Below, in pieces: positions 8,453-16,570 of a stretch of DNA of 29,148 bases. The number at the start of each line of letters is the position of its first letter. Positions within the stretch are counted from its first letter, which is position 1. This DNA is from Bdellovibrio sp. (GTDB lineage: Bacteria > Bdellovibrionota > Bdellovibrionia > Bdellovibrionales > Bdellovibrionaceae). Under the pieces are notes generated by a model that saw nothing but the letters and a program-made list of their open reading frames with translations, was not told the DNA's origin and ran no database searches. The stretch is from assembly GCA_046318155.1 (NCBI GenBank), contig JBKCUU010000087.1, positions 1 through 29,148 of the forward strand. Direction: 5' to 3'. The translations under genes and the position numbers were made by a program.

Positions 8453-9244
8453 ATGCCATCGATCAGCGCTTTTCTTTGTGTGGTGAGCTTCATCACGACA
8501 CCTTCATTTCTCTTGGCCGCCACACCTGCGGGCGATCCCCTTTTGCGCGTGATGATCGATGCCGGTCACGGAGGAATTGACGCAGGTGCGGTCGTCGGGT
8601 CTGCTCGCGAATCCGAAATCGCACTCAGCGTCGCCAAAGCTCTTGAGCGCCGGCTCAAATCGGACTCGAGGTTTGTGGCGCTGATGACCCGTGACCGCGA
8701 TCAGATGCTGAGTTTAAGTGAGCGCGTGCGCCGTGCTGACGCGGCGGAGGCCGATCTGTTTTTAAGTATTCATGCGAACAGCTCTCCCGATCAGCGCGCG
8801 CGGGGCGTGGAGTTTTACTTTCAGAATCAGCTCCCGCCCGACGAAGAAAGTCTTTTTCTCGCCGCGAGTGAAAACAAAATGGAAAACGTCGTCGAGGCGG
8901 CGTATGCCAGCGATGATCTCAAGAAAGAAAGCGACGTGCGTTCGATCGTCGAGGATTTGAAGCGCCAAGTTCGCTTGCAAAAGTCCTTTCTTCTCAGCCG
9001 CAGCTTGGCCCGAACGTGGCAAAAAGACGAAAAAATTGATGCGGGCTCGATCCGCCAAGCGCCCTTCTTTGTCATCGCCAAATCGGCACGTCCGGCGGTG
9101 CTTGTTGAGCTCGGCTTTTTGACCAACCCCATCGAAGCCCGAAAACTGATGAAATCCGCCACGCAAGAGCAAATCGCGGCGCGCATTCATCATGGTCTTG
9201 TCGAATATCTCGGTAGACATCAAACCAAATTCCCCCTAAATTGA
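8453..9244 (+). CDS. N-acetylmuramoyl-L-alanine amidase (Amidase_3, AmiA/AmiC-like)
   Basis: VMIDAGHGGID.GA, E..IAL, LSLSERV, ADLFLSIHANS, QAPFFVI, PAVLVELGFLTN; hydrophobic N-terminus. Confidence 0.93.
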   Translation: MPSISAFLCVVSFITTPSFLLAATPAGDPLLRVMIDAGHGGIDAGAVVGSARESEIALSVAKALERRLKSDSRFVALMTRDRDQMLSLSERVRRADAAEADLFLSIHANSSPDQRARGVEFYFQNQLPPDEESLFLAASENKMENVVEAAYASDDLKKESDVRSIVEDLKRQVRLQKSFLLSRSLARTWQKDEKIDAGSIRQAPFFVIAKSARPAVLVELGFLTNPIEARKLMKSATQEQIAARIHHGLVEYLGRHQTKFPLN

Positions 9245-9265
9245 CGGCTCACTTAAGGAGCCCGC

Positions 9266-9997
9266 ATGCGTCTCGACGGCCGCCAATTCAGCGATTTGCG
9301 CCCCATTAAAATCACGCCCCATGTTGCTGAGTTCGCTGAGGGCAGCGCTTTGGTTGAGTTCGGCAAAACAAAAATTTTGTGCACCGCCAGCTATGAAGAC
9401 ATGCCGCCAAAATGGCTACAAGGTTCCCACTCGGGCTGGGTCACGGCCGAGTACGGCATGCTCCCCCGTTCGACACAAACACGACTACGCCGTGATAAAT
9501 CGATGGCGAGCGGCCGCACTCAAGAAATTTCGCGTTTGATTGGCCGCTCACTCCGTGCCGCCGTCAACTTAAAAAAACTGGGCGAATGCCAAATCACCGT
9601 CGATTGTGATGTTCTGCATGCCGACGGTGGAACACGAACCGCTTCGGTCACAGGCGGCTTCGTTGCCCTTGCGCTTGCACTCAAAAAGTTAAAAGGCCTT
9701 TCTGAAATTAAAGAGAATCCCCTCACCTCCTACATCGCCGCGGTCAGCGTCGGGATCAAAGAGGGGCAACCCTTTTTGGATTTGAATTACGACGAAGATT
9801 CGACCATTCATACCGACATGAATTTTGTGATGACCCACTTGGGTTCCTTTATCGAAATTCAAGGCACGGCCGAGCAGCAAGCTTTTACCCGGGCGGAGCT
9901 CAATAAAATGCTTGATGTGGCGGACTCTGGTTGCCGCGAACTGTTTCGCAAACAAGCCGAAGTTATTGGCGACTTCTTCCCGCTTCAGCTGAGCTAA
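9266..9997 (+). CDS. rph: Ribonuclease PH
   Basis: GWVTAEYGMLP, GRTQEISRLIGRSLRA, DCDVLHADGGTRTAS, EIQGTAE; AAGGAG RBS. Confidence 0.97.
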   Translation: MRLDGRQFSDLRPIKITPHVAEFAEGSALVEFGKTKILCTASYEDMPPKWLQGSHSGWVTAEYGMLPRSTQTRLRRDKSMASGRTQEISRLIGRSLRAAVNLKKLGECQITVDCDVLHADGGTRTASVTGGFVALALALKKLKGLSEIKENPLTSYIAAVSVGIKEGQPFLDLNYDEDSTIHTDMNFVMTHLGSFIEIQGTAEQQAFTRAELNKMLDVADSGCRELFRKQAEVIGDFFPLQLS

Positions 9998-10010
9998 CAA
10001 GGACTTCACG

Positions 10011-10607
10011 ATGCATCTGTGGATCGGAACCACCAACAAAGGCAAACTTTCTGAACTCAAGATGCTCTTTGAAAGAGAAGTCCCCGGCATCGTGATCCAC
10101 TCCTTGTCCGAGCTGCCGTCTTACATGGCGCCCCCCGAAAATGGTCAGACTTTTTTGGACAACGCCCGCATCAAAGCCCGCAGCCTCAAAGCAATGAAGC
10201 CCGGCGAATGGGTGCTGGCCGAAGATTCAGGCCTTGAGGTCAAAGGACTTGGCAACTTGCCTGGTATTCACTCGGCCCGTTACGCAGGCCCCAAAGCCTC
10301 AGATTCTGAAAATGTCGCCAAACTTTTAAAGATGATGCAGATCCGAGCGGTCACGGATCGCAGTGCTCAATTCACCTGCTCGATGGTGGTCTTTACACCC
10401 GCAGGTGAAGAGTGGCTCTTTCAGGGTGAAATGAAAGGCTCGATCGCCAAGACCGTGGCCGGACAACACGGCTTTGGCTACGACCCGATCTTCACTCCAG
10501 ACGGCGAAACTCAAACCCTCGCGCAACTTGGCGCTGGTTATAAAAATCAAAAATCGCACCGCTCAGCCGCCGCGCGCCAGTTGATCGAAAAACTCAAAGC
10601 GACTTAG
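10011..10607 (+). CDS. rdgB: dITP/XTP pyrophosphatase (Ham1 family)
   Basis: TTNKGKLSE, ENGQTFLDNARIKA, EDSGLEV, PGIHSARYAG, GFGYDPIF, KNQKSHR; usual position after rph. Confidence 0.96.
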   Translation: MHLWIGTTNKGKLSELKMLFEREVPGIVIHSLSELPSYMAPPENGQTFLDNARIKARSLKAMKPGEWVLAEDSGLEVKGLGNLPGIHSARYAGPKASDSENVAKLLKMMQIRAVTDRSAQFTCSMVVFTPAGEEWLFQGEMKGSIAKTVAGQHGFGYDPIFTPDGETQTLAQLGAGYKNQKSHRSAAARQLIEKLKAT

Positions 10608-10654
10608 AGACGAGGTGGCCAAGGCGCGCCTGGCTTTCTTTACTGACGACATCG

Positions 10655-10828
10655 TCAGCAGGAGCCGACCAAAAGCTTATCACCGGGATTCAAAATCGGA
10701 AGCTCCCCGGAGAGATCAGGGAGATAAAGAAAGCGGACATTTTTTCTGCTCTCGTGTAGCCACTCAAGTAAAGTGCCCGGCGGAGTGTCCCGTTCGTGTT
10801 GCAAAATCTAGAAGGCGGGTGAGCTCAT
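10655..10828 (-). pseudogene. Remnant of a type 1 glutamine amidotransferase-like gene (premature stop and truncation)
   Basis: ATG at 10826-10828 overlaps the STAS stop (ATGA). Reads MSSPAF*ILQHERDTPPGTLLEWLHESRKNVRFLYLPDLSGELPILNPGDKLLVGSC*; ILQH...PG...W matches the GATase1 N-terminal pattern. Confidence 0.6.
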
Positions 10829-11283
10829 AGATGAAGCTCAATCCGGTTTGCCGCTGCTTCTCGCTGGAGGCGGTAAAAAGTATCGATCTCTATCTTAGAC
10901 CAGTCTTGATAGATGACAAGATCCTGCCCGATAAAAACATCCAATTGTCGGCGGATACTTTCATTGGGACTCAAGATCACGAGGCGACCTTGGGCGCGCT
11001 GCTGTTCGATGGCCCACCTCGCCACTTCTTTGAGTGCCCAAATGCTCAAAAAGTCACATTTCGATAAATCCAACGCCACCCAGCTGCTGGGAGAAGGTAC
11101 TGACATTTTAAGCCCCGCAATGGTGCGTTTATCGGCGAATGCGTCCACGCGCCCCGCAAGGCTCACGATGATCCAACTCTGCTCAGGATTTGAGCCGTCG
11201 TTTGTGTCACTGCTTGAAGCACGGTTTGCAGCACTCTTTGAAAGACTGAATTTCTGCACGCGGGTGCGAATTGAAATCGACAT
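10825..11283 (-). CDS. STAS-domain (anti-sigma antagonist-like) protein
   Basis: IIVSLAGRVDA, VALDLSKCDFLS, QGRLVILSPNESIRRQLDV follow the STAS pattern; start uncertain (11283 or 11301). Confidence 0.75.
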   Translation of the reverse strand: MSISIRTRVQKFSLSKSAANRASSSDTNDGSNPEQSWIIVSLAGRVDAFADKRTIAGLKMSVPSPSSWVALDLSKCDFLSIWALKEVARWAIEQQRAQGRLVILSPNESIRRQLDVFIGQDLVIYQDWSKIEIDTFYRLQREAAANRIELHL

Positions 11284-11350
11284 TGAAATGAGAACTCTCA
11301 TTCAACTTGACCCTTGTCAAACAAGCCTTCAGCCGTTAAGGTCCGAGACC

Positions 11351-12295
11351 ATGGCGGGTCTCAAAATTTTCAGCGGAAATTCGAACCCAGGATTAGCAAA
11401 AAAAGTCGCCGAAGCGGCGGGCGTTCAGCTCGGTTTTTGCCAACTCAACTCTTTCGCTGATGGCGAAATTCAGGTCGAGGTCCACGAGTCCGTTCGCGGA
11501 CAAAATGTCTTCATCGTTCAGAGCACTTGCCCCCCGGCCAATCAAAACTACATGGAGCTCTTCATTTTGATGGATGCCCTTCGGCGGGCTTCGGCGGCCT
11601 CGATTACCGCCGTCATTCCTTATTACGGGTATGCCCGCCAAGATCGCAAAGTCGCTCCCCGTGCGCCGATCACGGCCAAACTGATGGCGGATTTGCTCAC
11701 CACTGCGGGCGCAAGCCGGGTGGTTTCAGTCGATTTGCATGCCGCTCAGATTCAGGGCTTTTTTAACGTTCCCGTGGACCACTTGTTTGCCATCCCGACG
11801 CTGGCCCGTGCCTGGCGCGATTCTTTGGGTTTTGGCGACGACTTTGTCGCAGTGAGTCCTGATGCGGGTGGGGTTGAAAGAACCCGCGCCTTTGCCAAAC
11901 GGGTTGAATGCCCCATGGCCATCATTGATAAACGCCGTTCTGGTCCGAATGAGGCCAAAGCTCTACACCTGATTGGGGATGTCCGCGATAAATCGGCTGT
12001 TATTATTGACGACATGGTCGATACCGCCGGAACGCTCACACAAGCAGTTGACAGTCTTTACAAGAATGGGGCAAAACGTGTGTTCGCCGTTGCGACGCAC
12101 CCTGTTCTCTCTGGTCCGGCCATCAGCCGTATCGTCGAGAGCAAGCTCGAAAAAATCTGGGTGACGGATACCATCCCGCTCTCAGAAGCCGCACGCAACA
12201 GCGGAAAGATCGAAGTGATTTCGGTCGCTCCTCTCCTGGCAGAAGCCATTAAGCGGATCGACGGCAACGACTCGGTCAGCTCGCTCTTCGATTAA
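11351..12295 (+). CDS. prs: Ribose-phosphate pyrophosphokinase
   Basis: IFSGNSNP, FADGEI, PYYGYARQDRK, DLHAAQIQGFF, VSPDAGG, IIDDMVDTAGT; true start ATG 11351 rather than 10913. Confidence 0.97.
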   Translation: MAGLKIFSGNSNPGLAKKVAEAAGVQLGFCQLNSFADGEIQVEVHESVRGQNVFIVQSTCPPANQNYMELFILMDALRRASAASITAVIPYYGYARQDRKVAPRAPITAKLMADLLTTAGASRVVSVDLHAAQIQGFFNVPVDHLFAIPTLARAWRDSLGFGDDFVAVSPDAGGVERTRAFAKRVECPMAIIDKRRSGPNEAKALHLIGDVRDKSAVIIDDMVDTAGTLTQAVDSLYKNGAKRVFAVATHPVLSGPAISRIVESKLEKIWVTDTIPLSEAARNSGKIEVISVAPLLAEAIKRIDGNDSVSSLFD

Positions 12296-12362
12296 GATCC
12301 TTCTGGGATTAAGATCGAATTCGGGTTTAAAACAAGATTGAATTTTAATGAAGAGGTAAGTT

Positions 12363-13070
12363 ATGAGCACGCAACGTTTTGAAATGACAGTTGAACCCCG
12401 CGAAACCGGAAAAGCAAACAGCCGCGAATTGCGCGGCACTCGCCGCGTTCCGGCTGTGATCTACGGGGCTTTAAAGCAAAATCACAACGTTTACCTGGAC
12501 GTCGGTCAGGTCAATAAATTCAACACTCGTGCGTATGAGAATGCTCTCTTCAATTTGAAATCTTCCGATTCAAAATTGAGCAACATCGTTGTTCTGATGA
12601 AAGAAGTTTCGATCCATCCTTTATCTCGCATTCCTGAACATGTGGATCTCTTCGCTCTTGATTTGACGAAAACTGTTCGTCTGTCAATCGAGATCAAAGT
12701 TGAAGGTAAAGCCATCGGTATCGCTGAAGGCGGTCTCTTGAACGTGGTCAATCGTACAATCGAGATCGAGTGCTTACCCACTCAGATCCCCGAAGGTATC
12801 ACTGTCGACGTCTCGAACATGGGCGTCGGCGACGCCATGCACGTTTCTGATTTGACACTTCCTGATGGCGTGAAATTGATCTCGTCTCCTGACACAACAA
12901 TCGTGGTTGTGAACATGGCCGAAGAAGAAAATCTCACTCCCACGCCTGCGGCAGACGCCACGGCAGCAGCAGCAGCTCCTGCAGCCGGTGCAGCAGCGGC
13001 GGCTCCCGCGGCTGGTGCTGCAGCTCCTGCAGCGGCCAAACCTGATGCAAAAGCGCCCGCGAAGAAGTAA
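12363..13070 (+). CDS. rplY: 50S ribosomal protein L25/general stress protein Ctc
   Basis: RETGKANSRELR, VPAVIYG, HPLSRIPEHVDL, GGLLNVVNR, CLPTQIPE; prs-rplY-pth-ychF synteny; GAGG RBS. Confidence 0.95.
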   Translation: MSTQRFEMTVEPRETGKANSRELRGTRRVPAVIYGALKQNHNVYLDVGQVNKFNTRAYENALFNLKSSDSKLSNIVVLMKEVSIHPLSRIPEHVDLFALDLTKTVRLSIEIKVEGKAIGIAEGGLLNVVNRTIEIECLPTQIPEGITVDVSNMGVGDAMHVSDLTLPDGVKLISSPDTTIVVVNMAEEENLTPTPAADATAAAAAPAAGAAAAAPAAGAAAPAAAKPDAKAPAKK

Positions 13071-13083
13071 TCTTCTCAAAATG

Positions 13084-13136
13084 GGCCCTAAGAAATTTGT
13101 CTCCCTTGAGACCAATTTCTTAGGGCCTTTTTTTTT
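13084..13136 (+). terminator. Rho-independent terminator after rplY
   Basis: GGCCCTAAGAAATTTGTCTC-CCTT-GAGACCAATTTCTTAGGGCC (20-bp stem, one mismatch) followed by T9. Confidence 0.92.
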
Positions 13137-13157
13137 GCAACTCACACGGATGGCTTC

Positions 13158-13724
13158 ATGAATACGTATCTCATCGTTGGTCTCGGCAATCCAGGGCCCC
13201 AGTACGCCTTTACCCGGCACAATATCGGTTTTTTAGCCCTGGATATTTTAGCGCGCAGTTATGGTGCAAAAAACTGGAACACCGAGCAGAAAGCCTGGGT
13301 TCTTAAGTTTAAGACCGACCAAGGCCAGATGATCTTGGCCAAGCCTCAGACTTTCATGAACCGCTCGGGTGAAGCCGTTCAGGCTCTTTTGCACTATTAC
13401 AAAGTCCCGATTGAAAACATGCTGGTCCTGCACGACGAGCTGGATATTGGGTTTGGTCAGTTGCGTTTTCACAAGAATCGCGGCGCTGGCGGCCACAACG
13501 GGATTAAAAGTATCACCGAACAACTTGGAACTATGGACTACGCGCGCCTCAAGCTGGGGATCGGGCGCCCGCCCAAACCCGGGCCCGATGTGGCGGACTG
13601 GGTGCTCTCGAAATTTTCGAAAGAAGATGAGGGGGCATTGAGTGACTTTTTGAATAAAGCAGGGGATGCTGTCGAGTCTTGGACGGCGGAGGGCCTTTCG
13701 GTCGCGTCGACCAAGTTTAACTGA
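13158..13724 (+). CDS. pth: Peptidyl-tRNA hydrolase
   Basis: LIVGLGNPG, TRHNIGF, KPQTFMNRSG, HDELD, GGHNGIKSI, RLKLGIGRP. Confidence 0.97.
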   Translation: MNTYLIVGLGNPGPQYAFTRHNIGFLALDILARSYGAKNWNTEQKAWVLKFKTDQGQMILAKPQTFMNRSGEAVQALLHYYKVPIENMLVLHDELDIGFGQLRFHKNRGAGGHNGIKSITEQLGTMDYARLKLGIGRPPKPGPDVADWVLSKFSKEDEGALSDFLNKAGDAVESWTAEGLSVASTKFN

Positions 13725-13807
13725 CTAAGGTGAACGAACTCAGGTTAATGGCTAAAAATATGGATAAAGAGAACCGCAAGTTTTGGTTCTCAAGAGAGTG
13801 AGAGCAC

Positions 13808-14908
13808 ATGGCTTTGCAAGTTGGAATTGTCGGTCTTCCGAACGTTGGCAAGAGTACACTCTTCAACGCTTTGACATCGGCCAAGGCTGAAGCTGCCAAT
13901 TACCCTTTCTGCACGATTGATCCGAACGTCGGCGTTGTCACCGTTCCGGATTTACGACTGGAAAAAATCACGGCTTTTATTAAGCCGCAGTCGGTTGTTC
14001 CCACAACGGTTGAGTTTGTTGATATCGCCGGCATCGTCAAAGGCGCCTCACAAGGTGAAGGATTGGGCAACCAGTTCTTGTCTCACATCCGCTCAACAGA
14101 TGCGATCGTGCAGGTCGTTCGTTGCTTTGATGATCCCAATATCATTCATGTCTCAGGTTCAGTTGATCCCGTTCGCGACGTCGAGATAATTAATACCGAA
14201 TTGCTTTTAGCTGATTTTGAATCGGTTGATAAAAAGTTAAAGACCGTCGAGAAGATGGCCAAAAACACCCAGGACAAAAAACTGAAGATGCAGTTCGACG
14301 TGATCAAGCGCACCCACGAGTATTTGGCGCAAGGAAAACCGGCGCGCATCGTACCTGTTGATGACAATGAAGCTCCCTTTAAACAAGAGCTGCATTTATT
14401 GACCGCAAAACCCATGCTCTACGCTTGCAACGTGGATGAAAAAGACTTTCAAAACGGGGGTAATGCTTGGGTCGAGTCCGTTAAAAAGCATGCCGAGGCT
14501 GAAGGCAACGCCGTCGTTCTGATTTGCTCAGCAATGGAAGCCGATATCGCGCAACTTCCGAAAGAAGAGCAAAAAGAGTTTTTGCAATCCTTGGGCGTTG
14601 AAGAGCCCGGCATGAACCGCCTGATCAACGAAGCTTACAAACTTTTGGGTTTGTACACATTCTTTACCGCGGGTGAAAAGGAAGTCAGAGCTTGGACCAT
14701 CCGCAAAGGCATGAAGGCTCCTCAAGCGGCCGGCGTGATCCACACGGATTTTGAAAAAGGCTTTATCCGCGCCGAAACTTACCATTGTGATGATTTGTTT
14801 AATCTCAAATCCGAAGCGGCGGTCAAAGAGGCCGGCAAATACCGCCTCGAGGGCAAAGAATACCCCGTCAAAGACGGCGACGTTTTGTTCTTCCGTTTTA
14901 ACGTTTAA
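13808..14908 (+). CDS. ychF: Redox-regulated ribosome-binding ATPase YchF
   Basis: GIVGLPNVGKSTLFNALT, ANYPFCTIDPN, DIAGIVKGASQGEGLGNQFL, APQAAGVIHTDFEKGFIRAE, FRFNV C-terminus. Confidence 0.98.
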   Translation: MALQVGIVGLPNVGKSTLFNALTSAKAEAANYPFCTIDPNVGVVTVPDLRLEKITAFIKPQSVVPTTVEFVDIAGIVKGASQGEGLGNQFLSHIRSTDAIVQVVRCFDDPNIIHVSGSVDPVRDVEIINTELLLADFESVDKKLKTVEKMAKNTQDKKLKMQFDVIKRTHEYLAQGKPARIVPVDDNEAPFKQELHLLTAKPMLYACNVDEKDFQNGGNAWVESVKKHAEAEGNAVVLICSAMEADIAQLPKEEQKEFLQSLGVEEPGMNRLINEAYKLLGLYTFFTAGEKEVRAWTIRKGMKAPQAAGVIHTDFEKGFIRAETYHCDDLFNLKSEAAVKEAGKYRLEGKEYPVKDGDVLFFRFNV

Positions 14909-14980
14909 GCTTTGAGCCTCTTGATCGGCGCCTGGGGAGTCATTCCTCCTGCCGGCGGCGGCTCGAGCAAGGTGGGATGA

Positions 14981-16498
14981 ATGAGTGCTCACGCAGAGTC
15001 TCCTCTACTAGAACTGGGCGCCTTTGAATTGGCGGGCAAGATTCGTTCCGGGCAATGCACCTCGCTCGAGGTGGTCGATGCCCATATTAACGAAGTTAAG
15101 AAATGGAACCCGCTGATCAACGCCGTTGTCGAAGACAACTTTAACTCAGCTTACTCGCAGGCCCGCGCCTGTGATGCCGAAGTTCAAAAACGACGGACTG
15201 CTGGTGCGGACGCCGTAAATACATTGCCACCTCTCTTTGGGGTTCCGTTCACGCTGAAAGAAATGATTTCGGTTGCCAACTTTAAGCACACACTTGGCTC
15301 TGTTCACCGTCGCTCGTTTATCTCAAAGCATGATGCAACCGTGACCACTCGGCTTAAAAAAGCGGGCGCCATTTTAATGGGAACGACCAATGTCCCTGAG
15401 CTTGGATTTTGGTTTGAATGTGCCAATGAAATTTATGGCCGCACCAACAACCCCTATGATCTGTCGCGAACTTCGGGCGGCAGCACGGGCGGCGAAGCCG
15501 CGCTTGTTGGCGCTGGAGCATCGCCCTTTGGTTTGGGCTCTGATATTGGCGGCTCTGTTCGTATGCCCGCAGGTTTTTGCGGCGTCTTTGGCCACAAACC
15601 CAGCGGACGCTTGGTGCCGATGACCGGTCACTTCCCCATCTATCACACCGAGGCCGAAAAATGGCGGGGCGATCGATACCCCCTGACCGTGCTGGGCCCT
15701 TTAACTCGCAAAGCTTCGGATCTCTATCCGCTCATGGAGCTCTTGATCGGGCCTGACCAAATTGATCTCGAAATTCGGCCTGGCTTTAAACTCAAACCCC
15801 GGGTGACCGATTGGACGGGTAAAGTTGTCTGGGTGATGCCCTCGCCTTCGATCAAAGGTGTTGCACGAACGACACCCGAGATCGCCGAGACGGCTATGAC
15901 GGCCGCCCGGTATTTTGAAGCCATGGGCGCGACATTAAAAGTGATGCGAGCCAACGTTTTTGAAGACGCCGTTAAGTTGTGGTTTGCGTCTCTTTCGAAA
16001 GCCAGTGGCCGCAGCTTCACCGAAATTTTATCTGATGGGCAAACCATCGATTACAAGCGCGAACTTCTGAAGCTAGTCCTTTTTAAAGGTGATTATACAT
16101 TGCCGGCTTTGGGCGCGAGCCTGCTCGAAACTTTGTCCCGAAGATTTGAATCTAAACTTGAAGGCACAAAGCAAGAGTCCTTCGATCAAATTGGTCAACT
16201 TAAAAAAGAACTTGGCGCCCTGCTGGGGGAAGATGCCATCTTGATCCTGCCGGTGCACCCGCGCACAGCCCCCAAGCACAACACGCCCATCTTAAGGCCG
16301 TTTGATTTTGCGATGACCGGTATTTTTAATGCCCTCGAAGTCCCCGCTACAGCCGTGCCGATGGGACTTGGCGAGCAAGGACTCCCATTAGCAGTTCAAG
16401 TCATTGCGGCCGATGGCCAAGATCATCTGACGATCTCGGCGGCCGAAGTTTTAGAGTCTGCATTTGGCGGCTGGCATAAAGCGCCTTTTCCCACTTGA
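14981..16498 (+). CDS. Amidase-signature family hydrolase (FAAH2-like)
   Basis: PLFGVPFTLKE (catalytic Lys), YGRTNNPYD, GGSTGGEAA, GSDIGGSVRMPA, GLPLAVQVIA. Confidence 0.92.
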   Translation: MSAHAESPLLELGAFELAGKIRSGQCTSLEVVDAHINEVKKWNPLINAVVEDNFNSAYSQARACDAEVQKRRTAGADAVNTLPPLFGVPFTLKEMISVANFKHTLGSVHRRSFISKHDATVTTRLKKAGAILMGTTNVPELGFWFECANEIYGRTNNPYDLSRTSGGSTGGEAALVGAGASPFGLGSDIGGSVRMPAGFCGVFGHKPSGRLVPMTGHFPIYHTEAEKWRGDRYPLTVLGPLTRKASDLYPLMELLIGPDQIDLEIRPGFKLKPRVTDWTGKVVWVMPSPSIKGVARTTPEIAETAMTAARYFEAMGATLKVMRANVFEDAVKLWFASLSKASGRSFTEILSDGQTIDYKRELLKLVLFKGDYTLPALGASLLETLSRRFESKLEGTKQESFDQIGQLKKELGALLGEDAILILPVHPRTAPKHNTPILRPFDFAMTGIFNALEVPATAVPMGLGEQGLPLAVQVIAADGQDHLTISAAEVLESAFGGWHKAPFPT

Positions 16499-16570
16499 GC
16501 TGGGGTTCGTCACTTTTTAGCCAGCAAGGACAAGACCAATGCGCCTTTGTTTATGCGTTAGTTAATAAAT

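Noticed and set aside
8243..8580. Short ORFs 8243-8449 and 8326-8580
   Set aside because: Their Pro-rich content comes from the poly-C tracts, there is no clear RBS, and one overlaps the amidase out of frame.
10608..11350. tRNA genes often found after rph-rdgB or before prs
   Set aside because: No cloverleaf or T-loop GTTCGA/GTTCAA in a tRNA context was found on either strand.
10913..11350. 146-aa N-terminal extension of Prs in the ORF track
   Set aside because: It is the antisense of the STAS gene; Prs homology begins at ATG 11351.
12935..13070. Ala/Pro-rich low-complexity tail of L25
   Set aside because: Common in long-form L25/Ctc proteins.
14911..14968. Imperfect long hairpin between ychF and the amidase gene (TTGAGCC...GGCTCGA)
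   Set aside because: Many mismatches and no U tract; not distinguishable from chance GC pairing.
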